Part shown: piece by piece, positions 43,709-57,700 of the stretch
Position numbering within the stretch: the stretch's first letter is position 1
Layout: each line of letters begins with the position of its first letter
Source of the DNA: Macrostomum lignano
Lineage: Eukaryota
Length of the DNA: 64,000 nt
Reading direction: 5' to 3'
Assembly: GCA_002269645.1 (NCBI GenBank)
Contig: NIVC01003872.1
Span: 1-64,000 of the forward strand
The notes under the pieces: generated by a model
Databases searched by the model: none
Told to the model about the DNA's origin: nothing
What the model saw: only the letters and a program-made list of their open reading frames with translations
Translations under genes and position numbers: made by a program

Positions 43709-45102
43709 CAGGGGCGTGAGCGCGTCGCTATGGATTTTATGGTGGGGCACAAAGTTAAGAATTCTAAGTGACGAAATTCCTACATTTTTATGTCGGTGTT
43801 TTTAACACTCAATTTTATTGCCAAACAGACACTCATTTTGTTCGCTTTTTCATAGCTTTCACTCAGACCAGGGGGGACATGCACAGTTGTCCCGATGTCA
43901 GCCCCTGTCCCGCGCGGTGACGCGGGCCCTTGCATGTGATTATGCATTTAAAGGTACAATTTCGTAAAATGAAACAATGTACAAGCTGAACCTCGGAAAA
44001 ATAGGAAATTAAAGGAGTTACAACTCCGAGGAGCCGAGACCTTTCACGACTCTGTGAAAGGTCTCGGCCTTTACTCGGCATTTTTTAGGGTTTTTAATTA
44101 TTATGGCATTTGATTCAGTGCTAAGAGTAACACTTTCTTCTGTCCTACGAACCTGTCGAGTCCCCAGCAGCTACATGTAGTTGACGCCATCATATCGCTG
44201 TATGGTGATATGTCAGCTCCGCCTGGGATATCGGCTCGCTGGTCATGACAGCGCCTCGGTTTTTCAGCGTGTCGACAAATAGGCCGACGCTTTGATGCCA
44301 CCTCGACCAACCTTAATCTAGCGCTGTGCGCCATCAACAGTTGAGGACAGGAGTGTGAGGTCGTCGGCGTAGCCCAGAACCGCTCAGGCGCTTCTCGTTG
44401 TGGCGGCGACCGATGTGTCTGCGCAGCAGGAAGCCGTCGCCTGCTGAAGGGGGTCCGTTCCGAAGCTGCACAATCCATGCCAGGAGCAGCACGAAGAGGA
44501 ACGGTGCTAGAATGTGTCGCTTCTGTGTAGCACTCCTAAACGAAGTTTCAGACAGGTCAGACAAGCCGTCTGCCGTCACCACAGCGTAATGCCGCGGCGC
44601 AGACGGGCAGACGACCAACCTCGCGCGCTGTCAGCGGTTCACCTCGACGGTCTGATGCCCAACGTTGAGGACGAAATTCGGCGACGCAGATCTAGATCGA
44701 GAGGACTTGCCTGGACGGCCTACCGGTCGATTCGCGCCATCCTTCAGTCCAAAGCGCTGCCTGATCGTCAGAGGGCTCGGCTGTTGAGACCGTGTTGCTC
44801 GACAACGCTGCAGAGACGTGGATGTTCAAGGGACGCTAGAATTCGCGCTACTGGATTTTGCGCTAATTGTCTTCTGCGCACCAGGATTTTGCACGAATCG
44901 GATGATTTTAGGCGACTTGAAATTGAATTCGACTGCATCATTTCTCGCGACTTACTTCAAGCGACTGGATTTCGCGCGACTGAATTTCGCGCAACCGGAT
45001 TTCGATCGACTGGATTTAAATCTTAAAAGTAATGTAGGAATTTAGTCATATAGATTTCTTGGCTTTTGCCCCCCACCATAAAAATTCATGGCGACGCCCC
45101 TG
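43709..45102. mobile_element. Non-autonomous DNA element with ~75-bp imperfect TIRs (CAGGGGCG...CGCCCCTG)
   Basis: 43709-43786 is the reverse complement of 45031-45102 with several mismatches and a small insertion. No TSD found and no transposase. Confidence 0.7.
44160..44815. mobile_element. Degenerate non-LTR retrotransposon RT fragment (RTE-like), internally inverted
   Basis: The minus strand of about 44612-44160 reads ..ILAPFLFVLLL..GFLLRRHIGRRH.. then, after a frameshift, LGYADDLTLL and KTE. The plus strand of about 44625-44815 reads ..NVEDEIRRRR..LAWTAYRSIRAILQSKAL.., the segment that normally follows. Confidence 0.75.
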
Positions 45103-48100
45103 CACATCCACATGGTGGCCTCTTCTGTGTCTGGGCGGAGCTGGTCGTCGAGTCGCAGTCGCATGTAACGGAGCAGGAATTCGGTGGTCTAACCGGAAAG
45201 CCAGCTAGCGATGTCGCAGTTGATGACGCGAGTCCGGATCCGTTTAGCGACGTTCTGCCCTGTGAATTATGTACACTGCACTTACAGTTCAGTCCGCGTA
45301 ATGCATGCCATTTAGCGAAAAGCTCCCTATTTGGCCTTCCTCACACGCCTAAAACCGAAGCACGTGTACACGCGCATCAGTAACATACAAGCATGTATAT
45401 CTTATTTGTAAGATTAGATCCTCTGCGAAAGTATTTTACCGCTGTGCTTGTGGTTATTCAGCTGTGATTCACGATTACAATAGTTGTGATAATTGTGTAA
45501 CGTTACATATTGTACCGCAGGTGTGATGTCATAGGCATTCTTTTATTGCATTTGCACACATACGACAGTACAGTACGTACTGATACGGGAGTCCTTTATC
45601 GCTGGATTTCACCTAAGGAGACCTCCCACCTAAAACAACGAAGCAAGGCTAAAAGTTGTACTTGTGGTGCCAAATGTGACAGCTAGAACCGAGCGGAACG
45701 CAGGGCACGTGTAATTGCTTCCGTGAGTATAGCGCAAAAGTTTGACCACTTTAAACCCCATTTAACTCGTACATCTGCATTGACAAGTGATAATTTGCTT
45801 AGCCGATGGTCTGTCTACCTTAGCATTGGGCAAGGTGATTAAAGTTTGCTATTAATCGCAGGGAATGCACAGTCAGGCCATATTTCTTCCCTAACAGATC
45901 CATTCTTCGCTAACGGCGCCAGGATCCTCAAGGCTGCCCCTGCAAGTCGCCGGGCTCATGATGGATGAGGCACCGCTGTGACGCCACGCTGCTCTAATTG
46001 TTGGGAGTATCAGCGACCCTTAAAGAATAAACAGCACCATAATCACCGCGCTTGTGTGCACAAATCCCTTCGCAGACGGGCCCAGGTCGGCTGCCAGTCT
46101 TCAAGCCCGAGCGAGCCCCCCCCCCGCCTTGGCGACAGAAAGTTAGCTCATGTCAGCCAAGGAAATTGCCACGGCCGATTGCAGCCGCGCCCCAAACTGC
46201 TCAAGACGCCGCCCGCACCAGCCTCCTCCTCCTGCTCCCTCACCCACCAAACAAGCCGGGCAGCCTCGCTCGCGGCCGCTGCCGACGCCCTCGGCGTGTG
46301 AAGAAACCGCGGCCACGGAAGCGAACTGCAGACTTTCCCGGAAGCGGCCTCCACTTCCTCCGCCTTCTCCTTCACCCTCCTTCTTCTCCGCGGCAGAGTG
46401 GACCGCTTCATCTTGCCTCTCCGCCTCCTCATCGCTGCTACATTGTTGCCAGCGGCGGCTCTCAGCTTTGCTGCTTCTTTTTCCACTTGAGGCTCCGCGG
46501 CGGAGAGATGGGGGTGAGGATCAGACTGGGCCAGCGGGGGACCAATTGTGCGGCGGAGGGAGAAACGGAGAATGCGGAGGGGAGCCGCCGGGCCAGCCAG
46601 TGCCGGCCCACAGTATCGCGCTGTGTGCCATAAATTAGCAGCTGGGGTCATAATTTCCAACTCTCAGATTTCTATTCTCAGCATCGGGAAGTGCAGCAGA
46701 ATATCGGTTGTCGCAGATTGTCCGCCAGAGCCCAGCAGCAGTCAGTGGCGGCAGCATGCGGCAGCTGGCAGCTTGCCTCATCTGTTGTGTTATTCTTTCG
46801 TCGAGCTTCGTGGAAGGTGAGCGAAACAAGCGGTAGAGATACTTTGGTACCAACTTACCTTTTTGAGCAGTACTGATTTTTTGGGGGATTTTGCCAACAA
46901 AAAGTGCCAAACTCCATGCTCTTCACTGAAATCTACCTGTACATGTACATGCTTGTACTTGGTAATGTATAAGTGCACTGAAAGGCCTTTTATATCCTAC
47001 CCATAATTTAATCATTCACAAGGGAAAGCCTGACTGCAAGGTCATCTCTATTGGGGCCATTGTCCTTGTACTTCTTGTGTAGTACTTGTTTCGTACGAGC
47101 TACTAAGTCTATTTAAGCTACTTTTCATTTTTATAGAGTCACAGGGCCGCTAGAACAAAATTACAAGTAGATTAACTCTGAAAAACAATTAGTACAGATA
47201 AATCACCGAGTTGCGCTTGCAGCAGACCTACCGGTATTGTGGTAAAAGCAGCTTCAGAAAGGCAGCACGCCAGCCAAAATGCGGTCTGATTCGCTCACCA
47301 AGGCAAATCAAAGAGCTGACGCGCCGATTAGCAGAGGAGCCTGAACTATTTCGGGGGCAACCCAAGCACTCAGGCAGCAGGGATGTTCCACACTGATGAA
47401 GGGGCTTGGATGAAGAGATGCGCCAGATTGGTAACTCCGCCAGCACTCCGCAGAATCTGGAAAATCCGCAGCAGGGTAGGCAGATAGCATCAACTCTGGA
47501 CAGCCGACCAGAGCCTGCAATAATAAAAGAGCACGGGACGGACTTGCCACGGGCTGAAGTCCCGGCAGTCAGCTGGGTAAATTCGACTAGAAAGCTCTTC
47601 GAACTGCAGGGCTGGCAAGGCTGGGTGGCGGCGGCTTGTGGGAGAGGGCAATAAAGCTTCTTACAAGACGGCATGGCAACACTCTTGTCTTGACCCTTGC
47701 TGGATTGCACCTGTCTGCACTGGTGACACACATCGTTACTTCTAAAGCCCTTGTCGCGCTTGTCCAACTACAGAAACTCCGGCGGCAAAGTGTCTGCGCT
47801 GTGGCCTGACATTTCGGTTCATAAAGGTGGGAGAGATGGGGAAGCAGGGCTGCGACCGCGGCACCTCACTACCGCATTGGCATTGTCGTATTGTCGCCTA
47901 GACGCCTCGCTCTCAAGAGGCAATTAGGACTCACCGAGGAAATTGCCAGCGTCCAAAATCTGGGCCGCAACCAGCAGTACAGATGCCTTTGATCACAGCA
48001 GCCCAGCAAATTTCCGGAGTCGCAGGAGCTGAAAGGGACTCATGCCTCGACGTTTTCGACGTTGCAAATGACTGCCATTTGCTTAAGTCTGTAGAAATTG

Positions 48101-49923
48101 AACCTCGGACCCATAGGCTCAGCTGTGGAATAAACTTCAATTAAACTGGATTTTCAATTACATCTTTCTCGGATTGGGGTTGCCGGGATAATTTGAGCTG
48201 CCCTGAGAATTTACGGAAAGCTACTCAAAACACGAGCTGCCTCATGAAGGAACTCGGATCAAGTAATAAATTGTTCTGAAGTCAAACTGATTCAGCTGAT
48301 GATGGCATCGATAAATAGAAGGAAGACAAGATATGAAGCATTGCCGGAAATGAGTTATCTGAAGAAGAAAAGTGCAACTATCTTGAAATATTTTATGAAA
48401 GGCGCAATTTAATGCTATCAAAATTGCATTCCCGTCTTCGCATGGGGCTGAGAAATAGACGGCGATGAAAGGGGCAGCATCGAACTCACTCATTCTTCTG
48501 CTCACGCAGAGCTCTAGAGCAGCTCAGCTATAATGCTTACCGCTCCAGCCCCAGAGTGCACCATAGCGCTCACCTGCCCGCTTAGCAGAAAGGCTCAACA
48601 CGGCAGTGCAGTAGTCAGGCGGTCTTGTTGCCGGTACGCTGAGCACTGAACACGGGAGGCTGCCAACTCAGGCGGCAGGATAGTGCAGCGGCCCAGACAG
48701 TCTCAGCCGGGCGGCACAGCAGGGAGACGCTTTCCTCTCTCCCCGACCTGGCAGCTGGTGGGCCGCCTTCGCCCACTTCTGCAACAGCAGCAGCAGCAGC
48801 AAAACGGGCGGCCTCCGCGACCTCTGAGCCGGACTCGAGAGGCGCCGCAAGTGGAGAAGGAGAAGAGGTCGGAGACAAGGACGGCGAAGGGAGGACGGGA
48901 GGGCAGACAAAGGTTTGAAGCGTTTGACTCTCCGCTCCGTTACCCGCCTCCTTATCCAGCTCCGAGAGATCCGGGGGATCAAAACACAGCGCGAGTCCCC
49001 AGCGATTGCGTGCTGGCGCAGCGCCCGCTACTGGCAGGCCGTCAGTGCCGCCCTGTCTCTCAAAAAATCCGCCTATTATTGCGGGAGGAAGCTCATGCGG
49101 CACAGAGAGAGGATGCCGTGAAAGAGCAGGCAGCAGCAGAAGACGAGCCAGAGGCAGCGAAGCCGCCCTACTCTCTGGGCCCGGAGCTGATTCTCGGAGT
49201 GGCACTGACCCAAACACAGCTTGAGTCCCCCAATCAAAGCACTTTCAGAGGCTGCTTTAGCCAGGCCTGGGGTTGTAAGGATGGGGATCCGCTGTCAGGA
49301 AGCGCCCGCCCCCCGCTACTGCGCCTCCTTGTCCCTCACCATCTGCAGCCCTGCCTGCCTCTGTCGAGTGGTCGCACAGCGGCCTACTGCGCTGTTTGAA
49401 AGAAGTTGCCATTTTATCTGACATTTTCCCTGTCAGGCGATTCCACTCTCAGGTCGGCGCGTGGAGGGGTGACCCCGAAGGTTGTCAGTCAAGGGCCGGC
49501 AGCTCCGGACTCATTCCACCTGGCGCTCTCAGGGTAGACGCTGCGAGTCAAAGAGGTTTAGCAGTCGCGCAGAGGGTCAGTTTCAATTGGGTGACAAATT
49601 GCTCAGCAATTATTCTCCCCGCCCCTGGGTCTAAAAGGGCAAAGTGGATGGCTATTACCATGACAATGGCCTGCACTGCTACCCGTCGGTCCAGGAGCAA
49701 CTCTCAGCCTGGACTGTTAGAGCACAATAGCGCCAACCTGAAGCTGAAACTTAAATTCAGTCAATAAACCCTGGACTGTGAATGCAAGCTCTGAACACTG
49801 AGCCCTGAAACCCGAGTTCAGAAGCATCACTACTTGAGTCTGAAGCATGAACTAGGATCGATTCTAGTGTCTATAAAACAAGCGAGAAAAAACAAGCATA
49901 AGAAGAAGCCATTTGCTTTGCAG

Positions 49924-51388
<1,465 letters not shown>

Positions 51389-51411
<23 letters not shown>

Positions 51412-51857
51412 AGAGCAGAGCACAGACCCAGCTGAATGACCTGGCCTAGAGAGCAGAGCACAGACCCAGCTGAATGACCTGGCCTAGAGAGCAGAGCACA
51501 GACCCAGCTGAATGACCTGGCCTAGAGAGCAGAGCACAGACCCAGCTGAATGACCTGGCCTAGAGAGCAGAGCACAGACCCAGCTGAATGACCTGGCCTA
51601 GAGAGCAGAGCACAGACCCAGCTGAATGACCTGGCCTAGAGAGCAGAGCACAGACCCAGCTGAATGACCTGGCCTAGAGAGCAGAGCACAGACCCAGCTG
51701 AATGACCTGGCCTAGAGAGCAGAGCACAGACCCAGCTGAATGACCTGGCCTAGAGAGCAGAGCACAGACCCAGCTGAATGACCTGGCCTAGAGAGCAGAG
51801 CACAGACCCAGCTGAATGACCTGGCCTAGAGAGCAGAGCACAGACCCAGCTGAATGA
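51389..51857. repeat. 38-bp minisatellite, about 12 copies, whose unit includes the stop codon of the BAMBI-like gene
   Basis: Unit CCCAGCTGAATGACCTGGCCTAGAGAGCAGAGCACAGA. Confidence 0.97.
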
Positions 51858-52743
51858 AACGTACTGCATGTAATTAGATGAAATTGGATGTTAAAATCTG
51901 TTAAGACATCAAAATCCGTATTTTTCTTGTCCATGTACAGTGTAGCAATGCACAAATCCGTATTTCGCTACTTGAAGTAATCAGGACGGACATTCGAATG
52001 TTCGGTACAGATTTTAAATGGCAGTCTAATACTGCTTGCTGTTCCTAGACTGATCATTGACCATCCCATAACCCTTTTGGTGTCCCAAATTTGCATTGAA
52101 ATCGTTGATCAGTCTTGTTCACAATCGCGCTTTTCTCCGTGACATTTTGGAACTCAAATTAAACTTGTGAACACAAAAGCAAACGCAAATGAGAGTAGTT
52201 GCTGCTTTAAGAAATAATTTGCTGCCAGAGTTACGGGGGGAGGGGCTGGGAGGATTAGGATTTAGCCGTGGGACAAACTGAAAACAATGGAACTAGCTCG
52301 TATTTCTCCTTTTTTGTCATTTTTTCTACTAATAAAACTGCGCCTGAGGCCGTCGGAATGTGCGCATTGAAATTTTCCATAAAAAACCAGTCGGCAGCTT
52401 CGTAAAGATGAAAAAGGGTTATATTTTGTCAAGGGACACCGCATTTTGGGTCTGGGAGCCTGTGTGAAGCCACATTAATTTAACAATTTTGACGATATTC
52501 GGATGGGAGTAAGTCACAGCTGCTCTAACCCCTATGTGATCGTGTGCCTGCCTACCAGTGCATTCGTGTGTGTGATTACTCATGCTGTCGCTATGCTCTC
52601 GTTAGGGTAGATTCAGGCATTTCTATCATATTGTAATAAGCCACAAACCTCTTCAGGAAACCCTGGCTAAATAGCAGTGAGTAGTACGAGATCCGTGTAT
52701 GTATATTAGCTGGGAAAATCATGCTTCGTGAATTTTTAGAATT

Positions 52744-53968
52744 GTGGCCGGCCTCCCTAAATCCACTCCAGAGGAGGCCGTCTACCTCGAACTCGGAACC
52801 GTTCCCATTTCCGTTGAAGGACACAGAAGAGCCCTGCTGGCTGTCGAGAAGGCCCTCCGGCGGCCAGCCCACGACCCTTGGCGCAGCCTTTGCGAAGACC
52901 AAGGCCGGCGCAGGCTCAAAGCTAACAAAGGTCTCCGGGATCAAGCCAAGCTGGAATCCGAGCAGATTCTGCATTGCCCACGCCGGGAATCGAACTGAAT
53001 CAGAAACAAGCCCTGGCTTAAGAGAATCGAGGATCGGGTCACCTTTTGCGAACACCTGACTCAGCCGATCTCCAGGAACGATCCGCCAGAGACCAGGCGG
53101 TCGGCGACGGAAGACACCATTAAATCATGGGGCGACCGCAAGATCCACTATTTCACCGACGGATCTGCATCCGAAGGAACGGAGAACGGAGGGGCAGCCT
53201 GTGTGGCAGTCGCCCCTACTTCGGGCCAGGTGATTTGGATTGAGGGAGCTGCTACCGGGCGCTGGTGTAGCTCGTTCCAAGCTGAACTCTCAGCTCTGCA
53301 CCTCGCCCTGGACCACATCCTTGAGACTAAGCAGGACTCTGCCCTGATCCTCACCGACAGCCAATCGGCCATTGCGGCGCTCAAAGGTCGGCAGCACTCC
53401 CTGAACCCTCTGCTCGAGTCGCTCAAGCGCAAGCTGACGCAGGTGGAGAGCCACGCCGACGTGGTCCTGCAGTGGATCCCAGGTCATTCTGGGACTCCCG
53501 GTAACGAGAGAGCCGACACCGAGGCAAAGAACGCCTGTCTGCTCGCCCAGGACCTTCTAGGGATCGACATCGAGGCCGCCCGAAGCCGCATACGCCGTCT
53601 CATCAACTATAAGCCTCTCCTGAATGACCGGCTGAAGCGGGTCTACAGCAAGACCCCCTCGATGCCTGCTCGCCCTCGCGCGCTTCAGGTTTCCATAGCT
53701 CAAATGCGTGCCGGTCACGATCCCTCTACGGCGTACTATCAGCACCGAATTGGCACTAGGGAGGATAGCAGATGCCTCCGGTGCGACCTCTTTGAAGACA
53801 AGGACCACTTCCTCGAATGTCCGGCCCTGGCCGGAGCTCGGCACGCGACGGACCTACACCAACTGGAGGACTTGGCCGATGGCGATCTGGTGGCTAGGTT
53901 CTTGGACTGCCTGCATAGGCAGCCCTAGACCACCTTCCGCAAACAACAACAACAACAACAACAATAAC
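52744..53968 (+). mobile_element. 5'-truncated non-LTR retrotransposon (I-group-like) with RNase H, C-terminal CCHC motif and (AAC)n tail
   Basis: The frame runs from the post-RT region (one stop at 52996-52998) into YFTDGSAS, SSFQAELSAL, ILTDSQSAI and QWIPGHSGTPGNERAD, then CLRC..H..C. Stop at 53928; (AAC)n at 53942-53968. Confidence 0.9.
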
Positions 53969-54740
53969 AAAGTACACAGCCCCTGTAAGTCAGTGGAGGA
54001 GCGTCAGATGGCGCGCCGAAGCGCCAGCGGAAGAACAAAGTCCGGCCCATTGTGTGGTGTCGGGCGCCCCAGCGTCACTCCGGGTGCAGTCCACGTATCT
54101 CCCGGTCCTCGCTTGACCCCGCCTGAACGGTCCGGGTAAATAGAGCAAGGCATCCTGGAGGGGCTGGAGGCTCGCATTCAGCGTGTTGATGACTAGGCCG
54201 AGGCTTGATGTCACCTCGACAAAACTGTCAATGTGGGAAAGGATCTGGAAGTGACAAAGACTACCAACAGTTAGGAATTTAGTAGGACTTGGATATCGGA
54301 GCGGCCACCCATCTGCATGAGACGGACATCGATAGCAGTTCCGATGGCAAATCCAATTTGTCACGCTCGAATAGACATTTTAATTAAGCCCAGAAAAGGA
54401 TGTCGCCAACACTTGAATACGAGCGTAATTACCTGCGGCAATTATGTAACTAATACATCGCGTGCGATTGGCTGAACTTTGGAAAGCAACAAACACCCGC
54501 AGTTGGATCCGAGAAGCATCTCAGCCATGGGCATCAATAAATCAGGGTCAGTGAAGCAGAGTTGTGGCAGATAACAAAGCAGATAGATCGATTAGGACTC
54601 GACCGCAGCCATGCTAGGAGATCATTAGTCTGTTTGCAAGGCTAGAATATCATTTTGATAGCGGGTATAATAGCTCACTGCTTTTTGGTATCCTGCTGGA
54701 CTCAACTCTCAATGGAAAACTCTAGAAAAATAGCGCAGGT

Positions 54741-57700
54741 ATGAAGCTTCTGTGGGTCTCCGTGTATCTCCTGGTGCAGCTGCTTCTCTGCTTCGGCTCA
54801 GCAAGCGCGAGGCGCATCGCAGTGCTGGCTCAGACAGGCAGCGCCGACAGGTCCCTGGTGGAAGCTGCTGTGAGCAAGCTGGTCAACGGGCACTGGGTCT
54901 TCCCGCTGTTCAAGACGGAGCCTCTGAATTTCGAGTGGCTACAAGTTGCCGACGCTTTGGAAGCGGTTCAGAGAGGTGTTCAATTTTTCCACTGCAACTC
55001 TTTTATCACCTCAAAAATCAATTTATCACCACAGATTTCAAGACAAAACGAGTGCAGGAGACGGTGCGACATAAGGCTAACCGCAGTTTCGTGTTAGATT
55101 GACGCTAAAATAATTAGGCTGAGGTATTGGGTGGCCCGAGAATTACTAGTAGGCGTTACGTTACGCGGATCATTAGCATCTGTACTGTTTGGTATGACAG
55201 GGGTTGGATCTGAATCACACAGGTACAACGATACATTGTTCGGAGTCTTTCAACCAGCAAAGCTTTGTGCTTTGCTAACAAACCAGGTGAAATTGACAAC
55301 TTTAACTTGTACTTTTAGCATGCAGCTCACCTACTCTCAGTGGCACGATTGTGATCGGGAACTGCGCATTTGTCTCAGATGTAATGAAACTGTCTGACTA
55401 CATCAGCGTTCCTGCCATCACGCTCTCCAGTGACCTCTGCCAGCTTAGCAGCACCGGTAACTTTCTGAGCTTTGACATGTCCACTGATTTATCTCACTGG
55501 TTTTCGCTACCAGAAATCGCAAACCGAAACAAACTTTGCAGGTTTGAGCCTCGCATCAACGTCCAACGCGACGGGCTTTTTAGAAGCCGCAGCGGCAGTT
55601 TTGCAGCGGGTTGCGGCACCAGTGGCCGCTGTGCTCCACGACGAGTTCCAAGGTAAGTCCGAAGTTTCCCGATTAAAAATGAACTAGCCCATCAGATTCA
55701 GAAAGGATTTCACTCGCGCTTCAGACCACAAGCTCGTTGAGGAATTGCAGCTGGAGCTCTCCGCCAAAGGAATCGCTAGCTCAACTTTTCAGATAAATAA
55801 TTCCGTCGGTAATCTGAATCTCACGTTGACAAACATGATCAAAGCTAAAATTAGAAACATCGTAGTTCTGTGCGACCCAGGCACTGTTTTAAATATCGTT
55901 AACTTGGTAAGCTTTGAACTGCTTCAGTTTTGAGCATTCTGTTTAAAATGATAGAAGAATTTTTCCAGGCCCAGAAAACAGGAACTCTGCAGCCGAACTA
56001 CTTCTGGACAGTGATCGACACAGGAGTTCGACTTGCGTCGATCGAGGACCTGCTTCCTGCAAACGAGTCTGCAAACATTCTTGTGATCCGAGAGTCGGCC
56101 ATCGACCTGAAAACGGCCTCAGCCGGTTGCACCTCACAGCTCAAGACCGTGTTTCCGGACTGCCAAACAAGCAGATACTCGGTAATAAGCCTTTATCTAC
56201 AAACTTCTTGACAGATCTTAGTCGCTGTCGCTACCAAAAGACCCCTGAACATACCCGCAGATGCTGGAGCTGAAGGCGGTAGAGGCCGTGCTGTCGTTCG
56301 CCAGCGCTACGCATAGCTTACTAGACAGTTCCGGTCTTCCTGCCAGCAACGTGTCGTGTCGGCCGTTGCAGCCGTGGTCGGCGGGTCCCGCACTGGCTGC
56401 GCAGCTGAAACAGGTACGGATTGAACAGGTGCTCAATTGATGATCTTCTTTGCGTTCAGATCTAATGTATTGACCTGTGCTGCACCTTATCCCCTTCTAA
56501 TCTACTTTTATTTACTCTATCAACACAGCAGCAGTATCGATCATGATAGATTACAAAATCTGTCTCAGTCTGCTCAGTCGTACCCGTTCACCTTTGTGTA
56601 GCTGCGACAGCCGCTGTCAGCTGGGAGCAGCTGGACACCCAGCGACTACTTCCTGGAGGTGCAGGCTACGTTCCACGATGAGTTCTCCGACCCGGTCCGC
56701 TTCGTCAACAGCGGCCGCTTCTTTGTAGGGAACGGCTCTCTGGAGGTCAGCTTCCGCTACAGAGGTCGGAGCCTCATCTTCCCCAACACGTTTATCGACT
56801 TTAAAAATCGCACCTTAAGAGTCTGTGCGCCTGCGGTAAGCGTAGTGCGAGGTTGCGTTTGATTTCGTCTGTCGGGGGGGGGGGGGGGCTGCTCTCTTAT
56901 TACTTGCATGTTGTAATTTACTCTTTGCATGCCGCCACCCCAGTCGGGTCAGTTATTTTAACCTTTTGCTGGCCATTTGACTCTGAATTCTCGGCTCTTA
57001 CAGTAGTTTAGTTTATTGAAATTAAATAATGAGGCTACATGGTTTTCATAGTAGCATTCACATTTCAACTTTAGTCGCGGCCGTACATGCAGTACTCAAA
57101 CGGAACGGTTGGCATTCCTGGTGCAATTTCCACCGACATCATTCACTTTCTCTCACTGCATCTGAACTATTCGTAAGTTACCTGAAATACACAAATGGGC
57201 TGAAATAGTAAGTTCCCAAGAATTTCCTGTCCACACCCTCGCAGCTACTCGCTGTTCGCTCCTGCGGACAATCAGTTCGGAGCGCCAGACCCGGCCTCGG
57301 TCTATTACACGGGCTGCATTGGCATGATTCAAAGAGGCGTAAGAAATATTCACTTTTTAATCAGAATGTTTTGAAAAAATACTGGCTTCGAAGAGGGTAC
57401 CCCCTGCTTTGCTCTGATTTGCAGGAAGCAGACATCACCATTCCCATGGCTATTAACACATTTCGATCCAAGGTGATCGACTACTCTCAGGAGTACATGT
57501 TCTCATCGAATGCCATCTTGGTCAAGCGGCCGAATTCCGAGTCCAAGCTGTGGAATGTGTTTACGCCGCTTGCCTGGGACACGTGGCTGCTGATAGTCTG
57601 CATGCTCCTGTTGGTGCCGGGTGTCATCTTTCTGTTTGCCAGGCTCAGCCCGTTCTCCGCCTGGAACCTTGGTCTGCGATTCGCGTTTGCGGACGAGGTC

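Noticed and set aside
45978-46910. Cluster of overlapping ORFs on both strands
   Set aside because: GC-rich low-complexity sequence with no consistent frame or motif.
48683-49399. 238-aa plus-strand ORF upstream of the BAMBI-like exons
   Set aside because: No domain, weak codon bias and no clear donor; more likely 5' UTR or a GC-rich promoter region.
53990-54364. 124-aa minus-strand ORF next to the LINE tail
   Set aside because: No recognisable family and no supportable exon structure.
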